Of a stretch of DNA of 64,000 bases, positions 7,439-14,682 are shown piece by piece (the stretch's first letter is position 1; each line of letters begins with the position of its first letter). The stretch comes from a virus (lineage: Duplodnaviria; Caudoviricetes). The stretch lies in the IMG/VR virus record IMGVR_UViG_3300007276_000047, positions 6,529 to 70,528 of that record; one strand, 5' to 3'. The translations under genes and the position numbers were made by a program. The notes beneath the pieces are model-generated. The model was not told where the DNA came from and did not search any database. It was given only the letters and a program-made list of their open reading frames with translations.

Positions 7439-7623
7439 TAAGCTACCTCTTTTGGTGGTTTTGGTTCATCGTCTGGTTGAATAAAGTTATCAAAGATTAT
7501 TTTATTCTGCTCAGCATGCTGCTCACTTTCTGCAGGGACATATATTTCGCACCCTGAGTTAGTTACATGACGGGAGAATATACGTGCTGTATTGAAGGGT
7601 AAAGTTTGGAAGAACTCATTCAT
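7438..7623 (-). CDS. Hypothetical protein
   Basis: 61-aa ORF with ATGA overlap. Confidence 0.6.
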   Translation of the reverse strand: MNEFFQTLPFNTARIFSRHVTNSGCEIYVPAESEQHAEQNKIIFDNFIQPDDEPKPPKEVA

Positions 7624-7868
7624 TTCTTCTTTCTCCTTTCTATACCAATTTGTATCTCCATTTTAGAAGCCATTTCAGTGGCTGCTTCGTCGATCTTAGA
7701 AGTGATCCTGATGGGTAGTGTTTCATGTGCAATATGTGCCCATATGGCCTCTTTCTTAGCTATTAATTTGTAGGCATATAGTTTAGCTGAGGTGACTAAC
7801 CATGCGATAAATAGCACTACAATTAAGATGATAGCTGAGTAGAATGTTAGGCTTGAAATGGTAATCAT
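7620..7868 (-). CDS. N-terminally membrane-anchored hypothetical protein
   Basis: SLTFYSAIILIVVLFIAWLV TM segment. Confidence 0.65.
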   Translation of the reverse strand: MITISSLTFYSAIILIVVLFIAWLVTSAKLYAYKLIAKKEAIWAHIAHETLPIRITSKIDEAATEMASKMEIQIGIERRKKK

Positions 7869-8089
7869 GATGTTTCCTCTATTATTGGGGTCTCTAAAGC
7901 TTTAATTAGTAATTCATTAGAATCTTGAAGCTGGGATATTAGCTTTCGCTGTCTATGTATTTGGTCCCATACTTCATTAGAACTTACTATTAGCCGGGGT
8001 TGCGATCGAGCAGGCATTCTTGCTTCACTTAGCATAGGTATGTTTGTTACGTCGTAGTGCCCTTCTAGATGGATTGTTATTGTAGTCAT
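7865..8089 (-). CDS. Hypothetical protein
   Basis: Start placed at 8089 by ATGA overlap with the upstream stop. Confidence 0.6.
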   Translation of the reverse strand: MTTITIHLEGHYDVTNIPMLSEARMPARSQPRLIVSSNEVWDQIHRQRKLISQLQDSNELLIKALETPIIEETS

Positions 8090-8340
8090 AGTTTGTCCCA
8101 TGATTTAGGTGAGTTATCTGGCATATTCATTTTAGCCAGTAGTTTTAGTATTTCTGTTTTGGCCTCCTGTAAGGTATAGAAGACCATACATCTTATAGAG
8201 CCGGGAGTCATAGGATCGATTACATCGTAGTACTCTATATCTTTATAGGTAGGTTTTCTTTCTACCCAGGTACCGTTTTTACGTTCTCTAAAGGTATCCC
8301 CGTTGTAGACAGCTTCTATAATAAAGCCTTTATATTTCAT
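8086..8340 (-). CDS. Hypothetical protein
   Basis: 84-aa ORF with ATGA overlaps. Confidence 0.65.
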   Translation of the reverse strand: MKYKGFIIEAVYNGDTFRERKNGTWVERKPTYKDIEYYDVIDPMTPGSIRCMVFYTLQEAKTEILKLLAKMNMPDNSPKSWDKL

Positions 8341-8702
8341 AGTTTATTTCCTTGTATTAGTCCTAATTCGATTAGTGTGTTATTTATTTCCCGTGCTATC
8401 CCTGATCCAACACATACATGGTTTAAGTGTGCGTAAGGTATATCGTAGTTTGTCCAAATACCTAGGTGATCTTTGTACTGGATACAGATGTTATCAATGA
8501 TATCTAAGGCATCGCTATTAGGCATGGACTTAAAATAATTCCTAATGTTTGGGAGAGATGCATCGTTACCGTAAGTAATTACACCATTTAGCTTAATGTC
8601 TATTACTCTAGCTTCTGTATCGTGGTACATGAAAGGGTTGGTTATGTGCTCCTTGAGAATCTTAGAACAAGTTTCAGCTATTGCTTCATGGTATTGGTTC
8701 AT
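8337..8702 (-). CDS. Hypothetical protein
   Basis: 121-aa ORF with strong SD AGGAG. Confidence 0.7.
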   Translation of the reverse strand: MNQYHEAIAETCSKILKEHITNPFMYHDTEARVIDIKLNGVITYGNDASLPNIRNYFKSMPNSDALDIIDNICIQYKDHLGIWTNYDIPYAHLNHVCVGSGIAREINNTLIELGLIQGNKL

Positions 8703-8716
8703 GGTTTATTCTCCTG

Positions 8717-8911
8717 TTAGCTTAATATTATGTCTGAAGCTTCTACAGCAAGATTAAGAGGCCATACTGCTTTACATACGTTAGATGTACGTTGGTCAGT
8801 TTCTATCCATACTTCAGTAGGATCTCCATTTTTGTACTCTTCAGGCCAATCTTTTATTAGCTCTTTGAGTTCTTTAATGGTTACTCCGCCAGCGTTTATT
8901 AGTGGTGTCAT
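8717..8911 (-). CDS. Hypothetical protein (MTPLINAGG...)
   Basis: ORF track 8717..8962. The likely start at 8911 lies just after the upstream stop. Confidence 0.55.
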   Translation of the reverse strand: MTPLINAGGVTIKELKELIKDWPEEYKNGDPTEVWIETDQRTSNVCKAVWPLNLAVEASDIILS

Positions 8912-8915
8912 TGTG

Positions 8916-9182
8916 TTATAGGGCCTTCCAACCTTGTAATTTAAATTGTGTGAGTTCTTCACCTCCTAAGTTGTATATGTGGTTTGTTCCATCTACCAAC
9001 TTTAGGAATAGGCGAAGTTCATTTGCTCTAGGAGAGAACACTGTGTAATCTACTTCTGCTTCTTTGCCTACAATACTTAAAGATATTTTAGTATCTTCAG
9101 GTAATAGACAATCCAAGGGATATGACAGCGTTAAAGGTGCATTTTGTTTAGTTACTGCTCTTAGTATTAGTGATACTTTCAT
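8916..9182 (-). CDS. Hypothetical protein
   Basis: 88-aa ORF with SD GAGG. Confidence 0.65.
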   Translation of the reverse strand: MKVSLILRAVTKQNAPLTLSYPLDCLLPEDTKISLSIVGKEAEVDYTVFSPRANELRLFLKLVDGTNHIYNLGGEELTQFKLQGWKAL

Positions 9183-9185
9183 GGT

Positions 9186-9329
9186 TTATTCCTCAAGGTA
9201 ATAGGTTTCTGTTGTGCATTCTCTTTTAATACAGATGCTGCATCTTAGTGGTAGGTGCATGGCGCAATCAGGAACATAAAATACAATTGTGCAGTTTTGA
9301 TTAATGCACTGCTTTGGTTTAGTAATCAT
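9186..9329 (-). CDS. 47-aa Cys-rich (zinc-ribbon-like) protein, not in ORF track
   Basis: MITKPKQCINQNC...LRCSICIKREC, with CxxxxC and CxxC. SD GAGG. Confidence 0.55.
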   Translation of the reverse strand: MITKPKQCINQNCTIVFYVPDCAMHLPLRCSICIKRECTTETYYLEE

Positions 9330-9691
9330 TGTGTTATTCCTCTGGGTTATTAAGGTTGGTTTAGATATTACTAAAACGTATATTGGTTTAGGAGAGGTTT
9401 CGTGGTTGAGTCTGGGAAGTAGTTAGAAAGTTGAATTAAAACAATTGTTTATTTACAGTTTTGTTTTTTGTTCTCTGTTTATCCAACCCAAACCACCGCA
9501 GATCATCGGAGGAAATATAATAAGATTGTTGTGCTACGCTGTCTAATTCCTGCCTACTACACACGATCTCCAGCGAGTTGACCTACCAATAGAGTCTATC
9601 TTACGCGTAGCGTATACGGCCTCTGAGGAGCCTGTGTGATACAAGGTCTTTCTATATGTCTATCTAAGGTGTCTGTGTATGGGTGTATGGG

Positions 9692-9728
9692 AAAAAAAAT
9701 ACCTCCCTACCGGTTAAGGTAGAGAGGC
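9692..9728 (-). terminator. Rho-independent terminator
   Basis: Minus strand: CCTCTCTACC-TTAACC-GGTAGGGAGG followed by T8. Confidence 0.8.
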
Positions 9729-9737
9729 TTGTTAGTA

Positions 9738-9794
9738 TTAACGTAACCAGATGATTACGCCATTCTTACTTACACGATACACTGTATATGTCAT
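9738..9794 (-). CDS. 18-aa micro-protein MTYTVYRVSKNGVIIWLR
   Basis: Same GGAGAAATCACC-ATG initiation motif as the major early genes. Ends just before a terminator. Confidence 0.55.
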   Translation of the reverse strand: MTYTVYRVSKNGVIIWLR

Positions 9795-9856
9795 GGTGAT
9801 TTCTCCGTAGAATTGAGAGGTGAGGCCTACTGGTTAGGTAGACCTCGTGGGTGGGA

Positions 9857-10354
9857 TTACTTAACTCTGTCTTTAAGAGTCGTAAGATCAAAGGGAGATG
9901 CTACTGCATCTTCTTCACCTAGAGCTTTAGCTTGGTAGCCAACTTTAGCGGCTCTGAGGATATCGGAATCAGTTAAGTTTTCACGCTTAGCTAAGATAGA
10001 TATCTGATCAGGGCTGATCTCCATGATGGTTTTACAGCGCTCTGTATGGATCCTGTCCTTAAACGAATCCAGTGCTGTAGCTGCCTGTACCTCACGTTCA
10101 AACACATTGGTTTGTAGCGAAGTTTGTTGCGCTTGGGCTAATGCCTTACGTAACAGGTCTTTGTGGGTTTGGACGCGAACAGCTTCCGCTCTTTCATCCT
10201 TTGCCGCTAGATCTGCTGAATAACGTTGAGCCCAAGACTCTGATGACATTGCCGCTATTTCTAGTAGGTTTGCCGCAGGTTGAACAACAGCGATGATGGC
10301 ACCGCCAAGTTTATGAACAGGTTTCATGATGCCTGTAGTATTGATTAAAGCCAT
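9857..10354 (-). CDS. Early hypothetical protein, helical
   Basis: 165-aa ORF with SD AGGA. Confidence 0.75.
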   Translation of the reverse strand: MALINTTGIMKPVHKLGGAIIAVVQPAANLLEIAAMSSESWAQRYSADLAAKDERAEAVRVQTHKDLLRKALAQAQQTSLQTNVFEREVQAATALDSFKDRIHTERCKTIMEISPDQISILAKRENLTDSDILRAAKVGYQAKALGEEDAVASPFDLTTLKDRVK

Positions 10355-10410
10355 GGTATTTTCCTATGGTTATGAGGCCTACGATTGCAGGCCTCTGGTG
10401 GGTTTATGGC

Positions 10411-11169
10411 TTAAATGAACGACTGAGCTGAGAAATCAACTTCAGGTTCTTCGGTAGCTTCGATAGCCGCAAGAGTTTGCTGGGCTTCGACCCAGTTAGC
10501 TACTTTAGCTTGAAGCACTACACCTGCTTGGATGTGGTACCCTGCTTTGACCATCTTATAGACAGCCGCCATGTTTTCCGCATCGGAATTTGGAAACTTC
10601 TGGTAAGCAATACTTACTGGAACATCCGAACCATCTTCAGGATCCGTGGTCACTGCATAAATATGCAGATATGCACAGAAGTCCTCATCAGCTACGACTG
10701 GTTTAGTACCTCCGTTACCGTAGATTGCCTGCTCTTCAGGAGACATTTCAGCTGAAGCTTTAGACTCATACGCTGGCATATCAGAAGCTATGACCTTCTT
10801 AGTCTTAGCGTTGATTAGCTTAAACGTATACTGCTTGTCAGGTAACTGACCAGAGGTTAGAAATTCCTCGGATAAGCCCTGAGCTACCGCTGCACCAGCA
10901 CTACCCTCTAAGTTGCTGAGGTTAGTATGTAGTCCTCGAACTACTTGTAATGGTGAGTTAACATCCTTTGCAAAGAACAAACGCGCTAACGTAACGTTAG
11001 TGAATGTATGCCCAAGGCCACCTTGACCTTTACCAGTAAATTCATGCTGACAGGCTGCTCGTACTCCGTCAACAGACTCGCCGATCAAAGATTTATCAGA
11101 GCTACGCTTAGCTTTAAGGTTAAGGTTAGCTGCTGGACGAGTTTGTGGAAGTGAATTTGAATAATTCAT
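10411..11169 (-). CDS. Early hypothetical protein with acidic/aromatic C-terminal tail
   Basis: 252 aa, ending EATEEPEVDFSAQSFI. First gene after the promoter candidate at 11225-11250. Confidence 0.75.
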   Translation of the reverse strand: MNYSNSLPQTRPAANLNLKAKRSSDKSLIGESVDGVRAACQHEFTGKGQGGLGHTFTNVTLARLFFAKDVNSPLQVVRGLHTNLSNLEGSAGAAVAQGLSEEFLTSGQLPDKQYTFKLINAKTKKVIASDMPAYESKASAEMSPEEQAIYGNGGTKPVVADEDFCAYLHIYAVTTDPEDGSDVPVSIAYQKFPNSDAENMAAVYKMVKAGYHIQAGVVLQAKVANWVEAQQTLAAIEATEEPEVDFSAQSFI

Positions 11170-11224
11170 TGTAAAGATTCTCCGTGGGTTCAGCTTACTG
11201 GAAGCGATGTTGCTTCAGCTTAAC

Positions 11225-11250
11225 TGTCCAGCTTCTAGCCACGCGTGTAC
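11225..11250 (-). promoter_or_regulatory. Candidate phage early promoter, copy 2
   Basis: 21/26 identity to 14449-14474. Sits 3 bp downstream of a terminator and upstream of a gene. Confidence 0.55.
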
Positions 11251-11253
11251 ATT

Positions 11254-11283
11254 AAAAAAACAGCCCACCCCGAAGGGTGAGCT
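11254..11283 (-). terminator. Rho-independent terminator
   Basis: AGCTCACCC-TTCG-GGGTGGGCT-G-T7. Confidence 0.85.
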
Positions 11284-11294
11284 TAATTTCTTGG

Positions 11295-11483
11295 TTACTT
11301 AAATACTCGAGTATCTTTAGGGATCTTACCTAGTATTACTCTGGCGGGATGTAGTACTTTCTGTTGAAGTATTTCGTACTTGTAATAATCTATACCTGAA
11401 TACTTATATCGGATGCGATTAGATTTGAGTAACTGAAGTAACTCTGTATAGTATCTTTCTGTTACCCCTAGGTGATCCTCCAT
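11295..11483 (-). CDS. Hypothetical protein
   Basis: 62-aa ORF starting 1 nt after the upstream stop. Confidence 0.55.
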   Translation of the reverse strand: MEDHLGVTERYYTELLQLLKSNRIRYKYSGIDYYKYEILQQKVLHPARVILGKIPKDTRVFK

Positions 11484-11484
11484 A

Positions 11485-11616
11485 TTACGGGGGGTTATAT
11501 CTGAATATATCTAGAGAATTTTCTAGGTGGGCTATTGCCTCATTTATTTCATCGTACTCACTATAATAGTAAGTACAATCTAGGTCGTAAATATCAGATT
11601 CGGTTAAGTCGTCCAT
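11485..11616 (-). CDS. 43-aa acidic Tyr-rich protein (MDDLTESDIYDLDCTYYYSEYDE...), not in ORF track
   Basis: Manual translation. SD GAGGAG, fills the intergenic gap exactly. Confidence 0.6.
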   Translation of the reverse strand: MDDLTESDIYDLDCTYYYSEYDEINEAIAHLENSLDIFRYNPP

Positions 11617-11617
11617 A

Positions 11618-11905
11618 TTATTTCTCCTCTTGTTTTGCTAAGGTTATTTTAAGTCTTGCTTTAGTAAGGGCCTCAGTTATCCCGGCCTGAAGGGATCTGG
11701 ATAATTGGACCTGCTCCATGTAGTCCTTGGTTTGTTTAGTCAACTTCTCCATCGAGGCTTTGTACTCTGCCAAGGCTTCTGACTGTTGTTGGTTGAGTTC
11801 TTCTAATAATAGTTGAGCTTCCTTCTGCTCTTCGATTATGGCTTCGTATTTACTTATAACTGCTGTCTGCAGATTAAGTGCTAGTTGTTGTAAGTAGTTA
11901 GTCAT
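11618..11905 (-). CDS. Coiled-coil hypothetical protein
   Basis: 95 aa, rich in Q/E/L/A heptads. Confidence 0.7.
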   Translation of the reverse strand: MTNYLQQLALNLQTAVISKYEAIIEEQKEAQLLLEELNQQQSEALAEYKASMEKLTKQTKDYMEQVQLSRSLQAGITEALTKARLKITLAKQEEK

Positions 11906-12074
11906 TTTTCATCTCCTCTATGTATTCATAGTAGTCTTCTAGTAACTCTTCTTTGATGCAAGCGATCATTTCTAGTTCATGATCTTCTGGGTATCCATCA
12001 TTAGAGAGTTCTCTGTATCGCTGAACAAAGTGATCAGCTACGTCTGGTAATGCTAGGTATTGGTCGAATGTCAT
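11898..12074 (-). CDS. Acidic hypothetical protein (MTFDQYLALPD...)
   Basis: Start moved to 12074, which follows AGGAGAAATAAT. Confidence 0.7.
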   Translation of the reverse strand: MTFDQYLALPDVADHFVQRYRELSNDGYPEDHELEMIACIKEELLEDYYEYIEEMKND

Positions 12075-12094
12075 ATTATTTCTCCTGTTGTGGG

Positions 12095-12388
12095 TTAGAA
12101 CGGGCATTCATATCTTACTGAATTTTCTACTCCAGCTGCTACTGCTAGAGCCAGGTAGAACTTGAACCAGTCGTCTAATGCTTCATTAGCCTGTTCTCTG
12201 GCTTCTTCGTCAGAGAAGCTACAGCACTTGGCTTCGTGGAATGCTTCTGCTCCTTCGCTATAAGCGTTAGATTCTGCATTGATAAGTTGTGCCTCTGTAG
12301 GCACGAAGTGGAATGTGAACTCCGTATTGTATGGAGTTCGTAAGTCTGAGCCCTTCTTAAAGATAGGGCTGCTTGTAAGTATAGTCAT
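12095..12388 (-). CDS. Hypothetical protein
   Basis: 97 aa with SD GGAG. Confidence 0.7.
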   Translation of the reverse strand: MTILTSSPIFKKGSDLRTPYNTEFTFHFVPTEAQLINAESNAYSEGAEAFHEAKCCSFSDEEAREQANEALDDWFKFYLALAVAAGVENSVRYECPF

Positions 12389-12401
12389 GTTACTTCTCCG
12401 G

Positions 12402-12716
12402 TTATTTGTTAAGGTTGACTCTTGCGAATGTGAACTGGGTATCTCTACGTATTCTGTAGATGATTATGTTCAATGGTTTATTAACGAAGGCTAATTGTCC
12501 TCGTCCTCGTTCCTCCCATTTAGGTGAGGTTACTAGGTATTTAGTCATACCTTGGGTTATAGCCCCGTCTAATAGAATTCTAGGGTAGCTAGTTTCATAG
12601 CCTAGTAGATCAGTTTCTTCAAGGGCTGCTGCTATTACTTTCTGATATGCATTCATAGGTTTTCTCTTGGTAGTGGTTGATTTAGTGGTTGGTTTTCTTT
12701 TAGTAGTTGTAGTCAT
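12402..12716 (-). CDS. Hypothetical protein with T/K-rich N-terminal repeat
   Basis: MTTTTKRKPTTKSTTTKRKP. SD AGGAG. Confidence 0.7.
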   Translation of the reverse strand: MTTTTKRKPTTKSTTTKRKPMNAYQKVIAAALEETDLLGYETSYPRILLDGAITQGMTKYLVTSPKWEERGRGQLAFVNKPLNIIIYRIRRDTQFTFARVNLNK

Positions 12717-12726
12717 GGTAATTCTC

Positions 12727-12972
12727 CTAGTTTTGGTTTAGTTGTTGTGCATAGAATGCTTCTTCATCTGCTTGGCTGTGGCCATCCTCTTGGATGCCAT
12801 TGTATTCAGCCCAGAATTGCTCTTCTAGAGCGACTAGCCGTTGATTCTCGCTTAGCTCCAGTTGTGCTTCGTATTCACTATACTTCTCGTAGTCTGATAG
12901 ACTCAGCATTTCGAGGGTTATAATGTCGTTGTATACCAAGTGGTATAGGTCTTCGCCAGTATAAATGCTCAT
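12727..12972 (-). CDS. Strongly acidic hypothetical protein
   Basis: 81 aa, E/D/Y-rich and nearly devoid of basic residues. Confidence 0.7.
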   Translation of the reverse strand: MSIYTGEDLYHLVYNDIITLEMLSLSDYEKYSEYEAQLELSENQRLVALEEQFWAEYNGIQEDGHSQADEEAFYAQQLNQN

Positions 12973-12980
12973 TATGGTTC

Positions 12981-13196
12981 CTATTGGTTGATGTTATGTT
13001 TAAGGTCAAAGTTACGTAGCTTTAGGGCTACAGTTTTATTGAGGTGAGTTACTCTCTCCTGATGTAGTCTCTTCTCAGCTAGTTGTAGTTTATGTTCGTA
13101 GTACGCCTTCTCATTGCTTTGGTTATGCGCTTCAGAAATGATGACGACGATAAGGAACACGATGAATAGTGATAGTAGTAGTATTGTGAATTCCAT
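12981..13196 (-). CDS. N-terminally membrane-anchored protein
   Basis: MEFTILLLSLFIVFLIVVIIS. Confidence 0.7.
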   Translation of the reverse strand: MEFTILLLSLFIVFLIVVIISEAHNQSNEKAYYEHKLQLAEKRLHQERVTHLNKTVALKLRNFDLKHNINQ

Positions 13197-13198
13197 GA

Positions 13199-13390
13199 TT
13201 ATTTACCTTTGGTTATTAAGATGGTTAAGTGAAGTAATGCTCCGCATACTGCTATCGTGGTGGTGATGCAGTAAGCTATGAGATCAGCTGTTGATACAGC
13301 TGTAGCGTTGAAATCTGTGACCGTACCGATCCAGATGAAGTAGGTAGCTATTGCTACCATGATGATGAATTGTAGTATGCTTGATAACAT
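13199..13390 (-). CDS. Two-TM membrane protein
   Basis: Start at 13390, after GGAGAACCACC. Two hydrophobic segments. Confidence 0.7.
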   Translation of the reverse strand: MLSSILQFIIMVAIATYFIWIGTVTDFNATAVSTADLIAYCITTTIAVCGALLHLTILITKGK

Positions 13391-13438
13391 GGTGGTTCTC
13401 CGATAGTGAGAGTGGCTGGATGCCACTCTCTGGTTTGG

Positions 13439-13633
13439 TTAAAGGTAAAACTCTCCTGCTAGAGGATCTAGTAGGTCGAGCTCGTTCTCATAATGCTCCG
13501 CATCTGAGTACTCTTGTGGCAAGAATCTTGCCTGTACTGCTGCCTTAGCAGCCATGAGCTCCGCCTCTACGCGGTCCCACTCAAGTTCCCAAAGGTAGTG
13601 CTGAAGCTCTAAGGTTGTATTAAATGTACGCAT
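13439..13633 (-). CDS. Acidic hypothetical protein (MRTFNTTLELQ...)
   Basis: Start moved to 13633, which follows AGGAGAAATACA. Confidence 0.7.
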   Translation of the reverse strand: MRTFNTTLELQHYLWELEWDRVEAELMAAKAAVQARFLPQEYSDAEHYENELDLLDPLAGEFYL

Positions 13634-13662
13634 TGTATTTCTCCTGTTAGTTGTTGTTGTTG

Positions 13663-13860
13663 TTACTCGTCTTCGTCTTCGTGCCTCCTCAGCATGTGGG
13701 CATGCTTGCATCGGAAGTCGTTGAAGACATATGTGCCGTCCCACTTCTCATAGAAGTGGCTATTTACGTACTCCATAATGTCCTGCATCTTCTTGATTTG
13801 GATGGCTTGCCATACGACTACGCCAGTAAGTACTACTAAAGCTAAAGTAATGATAATCAT
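13663..13860 (-). CDS. N-terminally membrane-anchored protein
   Basis: MIIITLALVVLTGVVVWQAI. SD AGGAGAATCACC. Confidence 0.7.
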   Translation of the reverse strand: MIIITLALVVLTGVVVWQAIQIKKMQDIMEYVNSHFYEKWDGTYVFNDFRCKHAHMLRRHEDEDE

Positions 13861-13887
13861 GGTGATTCTCCTGTTAGTTAATTGTTA

Positions 13888-14352
13888 TTAGAATGGGCCG
13901 TCTTCAGCATCTAAAAGCCATTGGTCTTCTGGCTTTATAGTCCGCTTAATCGGGCGAGTTGTATGTGGTATCTTCTCTACTTCTACTGGCTGAGGATAGA
14001 AGATAGAGTCGTGGCATGAGTTGCAGTACTCAGCACCTCGTCCCCATCGTTCCCCAATTAGGTACGTAGATTGTTGGAACCGTGCACCGCAGCGCTTACA
14101 TGCACAGTTTGTTCTGTCCTCTTTCTCCTGGGAAGCTTTGGCTTTCGCCCGCTCTTCCATGATTCGTCTTCCTTTGTTACGTAAGACCATAATGCGGATC
14201 TCCGCATCTTGTTCGATGCGGGTGATCTCGTTGCTGATATCAATGGGCATCCAGTCCCTTTCTACCTCTTTAGCGGGCGCTAATATTAGGTAGATAACGG
14301 TGCCAATGAACAGGGATCCTGCTATTAAGATGATGTATGCGAAAATAATCAT
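13888..14352 (-). CDS. First early gene: TM anchor, coiled coil and Cys cluster (CACKRC...CNSC)
   Basis: Start moved to 14352, which follows AGGAGAATCACC. Confidence 0.7.
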   Translation of the reverse strand: MIIFAYIILIAGSLFIGTVIYLILAPAKEVERDWMPIDISNEITRIEQDAEIRIMVLRNKGRRIMEERAKAKASQEKEDRTNCACKRCGARFQQSTYLIGERWGRGAEYCNSCHDSIFYPQPVEVEKIPHTTRPIKRTIKPEDQWLLDAEDGPF

Positions 14353-14448
14353 GGTGATTCTCCTTATAGTTAAGTGCATAGCAGCCGAGCCCTGAGTCAA
14401 GAGAGACTCAGTGCTAATCGCCTGCCATGCTGATGGGTTGTGGACTGA

Positions 14449-14474
14449 TGTCCACCGCCTAGCCACACGCGTAC
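14449..14474 (-). promoter_or_regulatory. Candidate phage early promoter, copy 1
   Basis: 21/26 identity to 11225-11250. Upstream of the first early gene. Confidence 0.55.
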
Positions 14475-14479
14475 CCCTA

Positions 14480-14610
14480 TGGGTCCGGCACCCCACGGGG
14501 GGGGGTGGTGAAGAAAAACTTCACTGTGGAACGTAGTAATGAACCCACAGGTAATATGAAAAATCGCTATAAGAAAACCAAAACCAAAAAATATTACAAA
14601 CTCCAGGCAC
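14480..14610. other. Inferred junction of the physical genome ends (circular permutation point)
   Basis: Non-coding, with a G9 run in a hairpin and an A-rich tract. Lies between a terminator-closed late fibre operon and the start of the early cluster. Position inferred from N4 gene order. Confidence 0.4.
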
Positions 14611-14645
14611 AAAAAACCCTAAGCAACTATACAGTCACCTAGGGT
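14611..14645 (-). terminator. Rho-independent terminator after the fibre gene
   Basis: ACCCTAGG...CTTAGGGT followed by a T tract on the minus strand. Confidence 0.65.
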
Positions 14646-14682
14646 CTAACGATTCCTATGGTTAAAACTTTTCTTAGGTATT

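Noticed and set aside
13426-14496. Long N-terminal extensions given by the ORF track (14496, 13744, 13426; also 12107, 63969, 56709, 31161)
   Set aside because: Strong SD motifs sit before internal Met codons, and the extensions overlap other genes or regulatory DNA.
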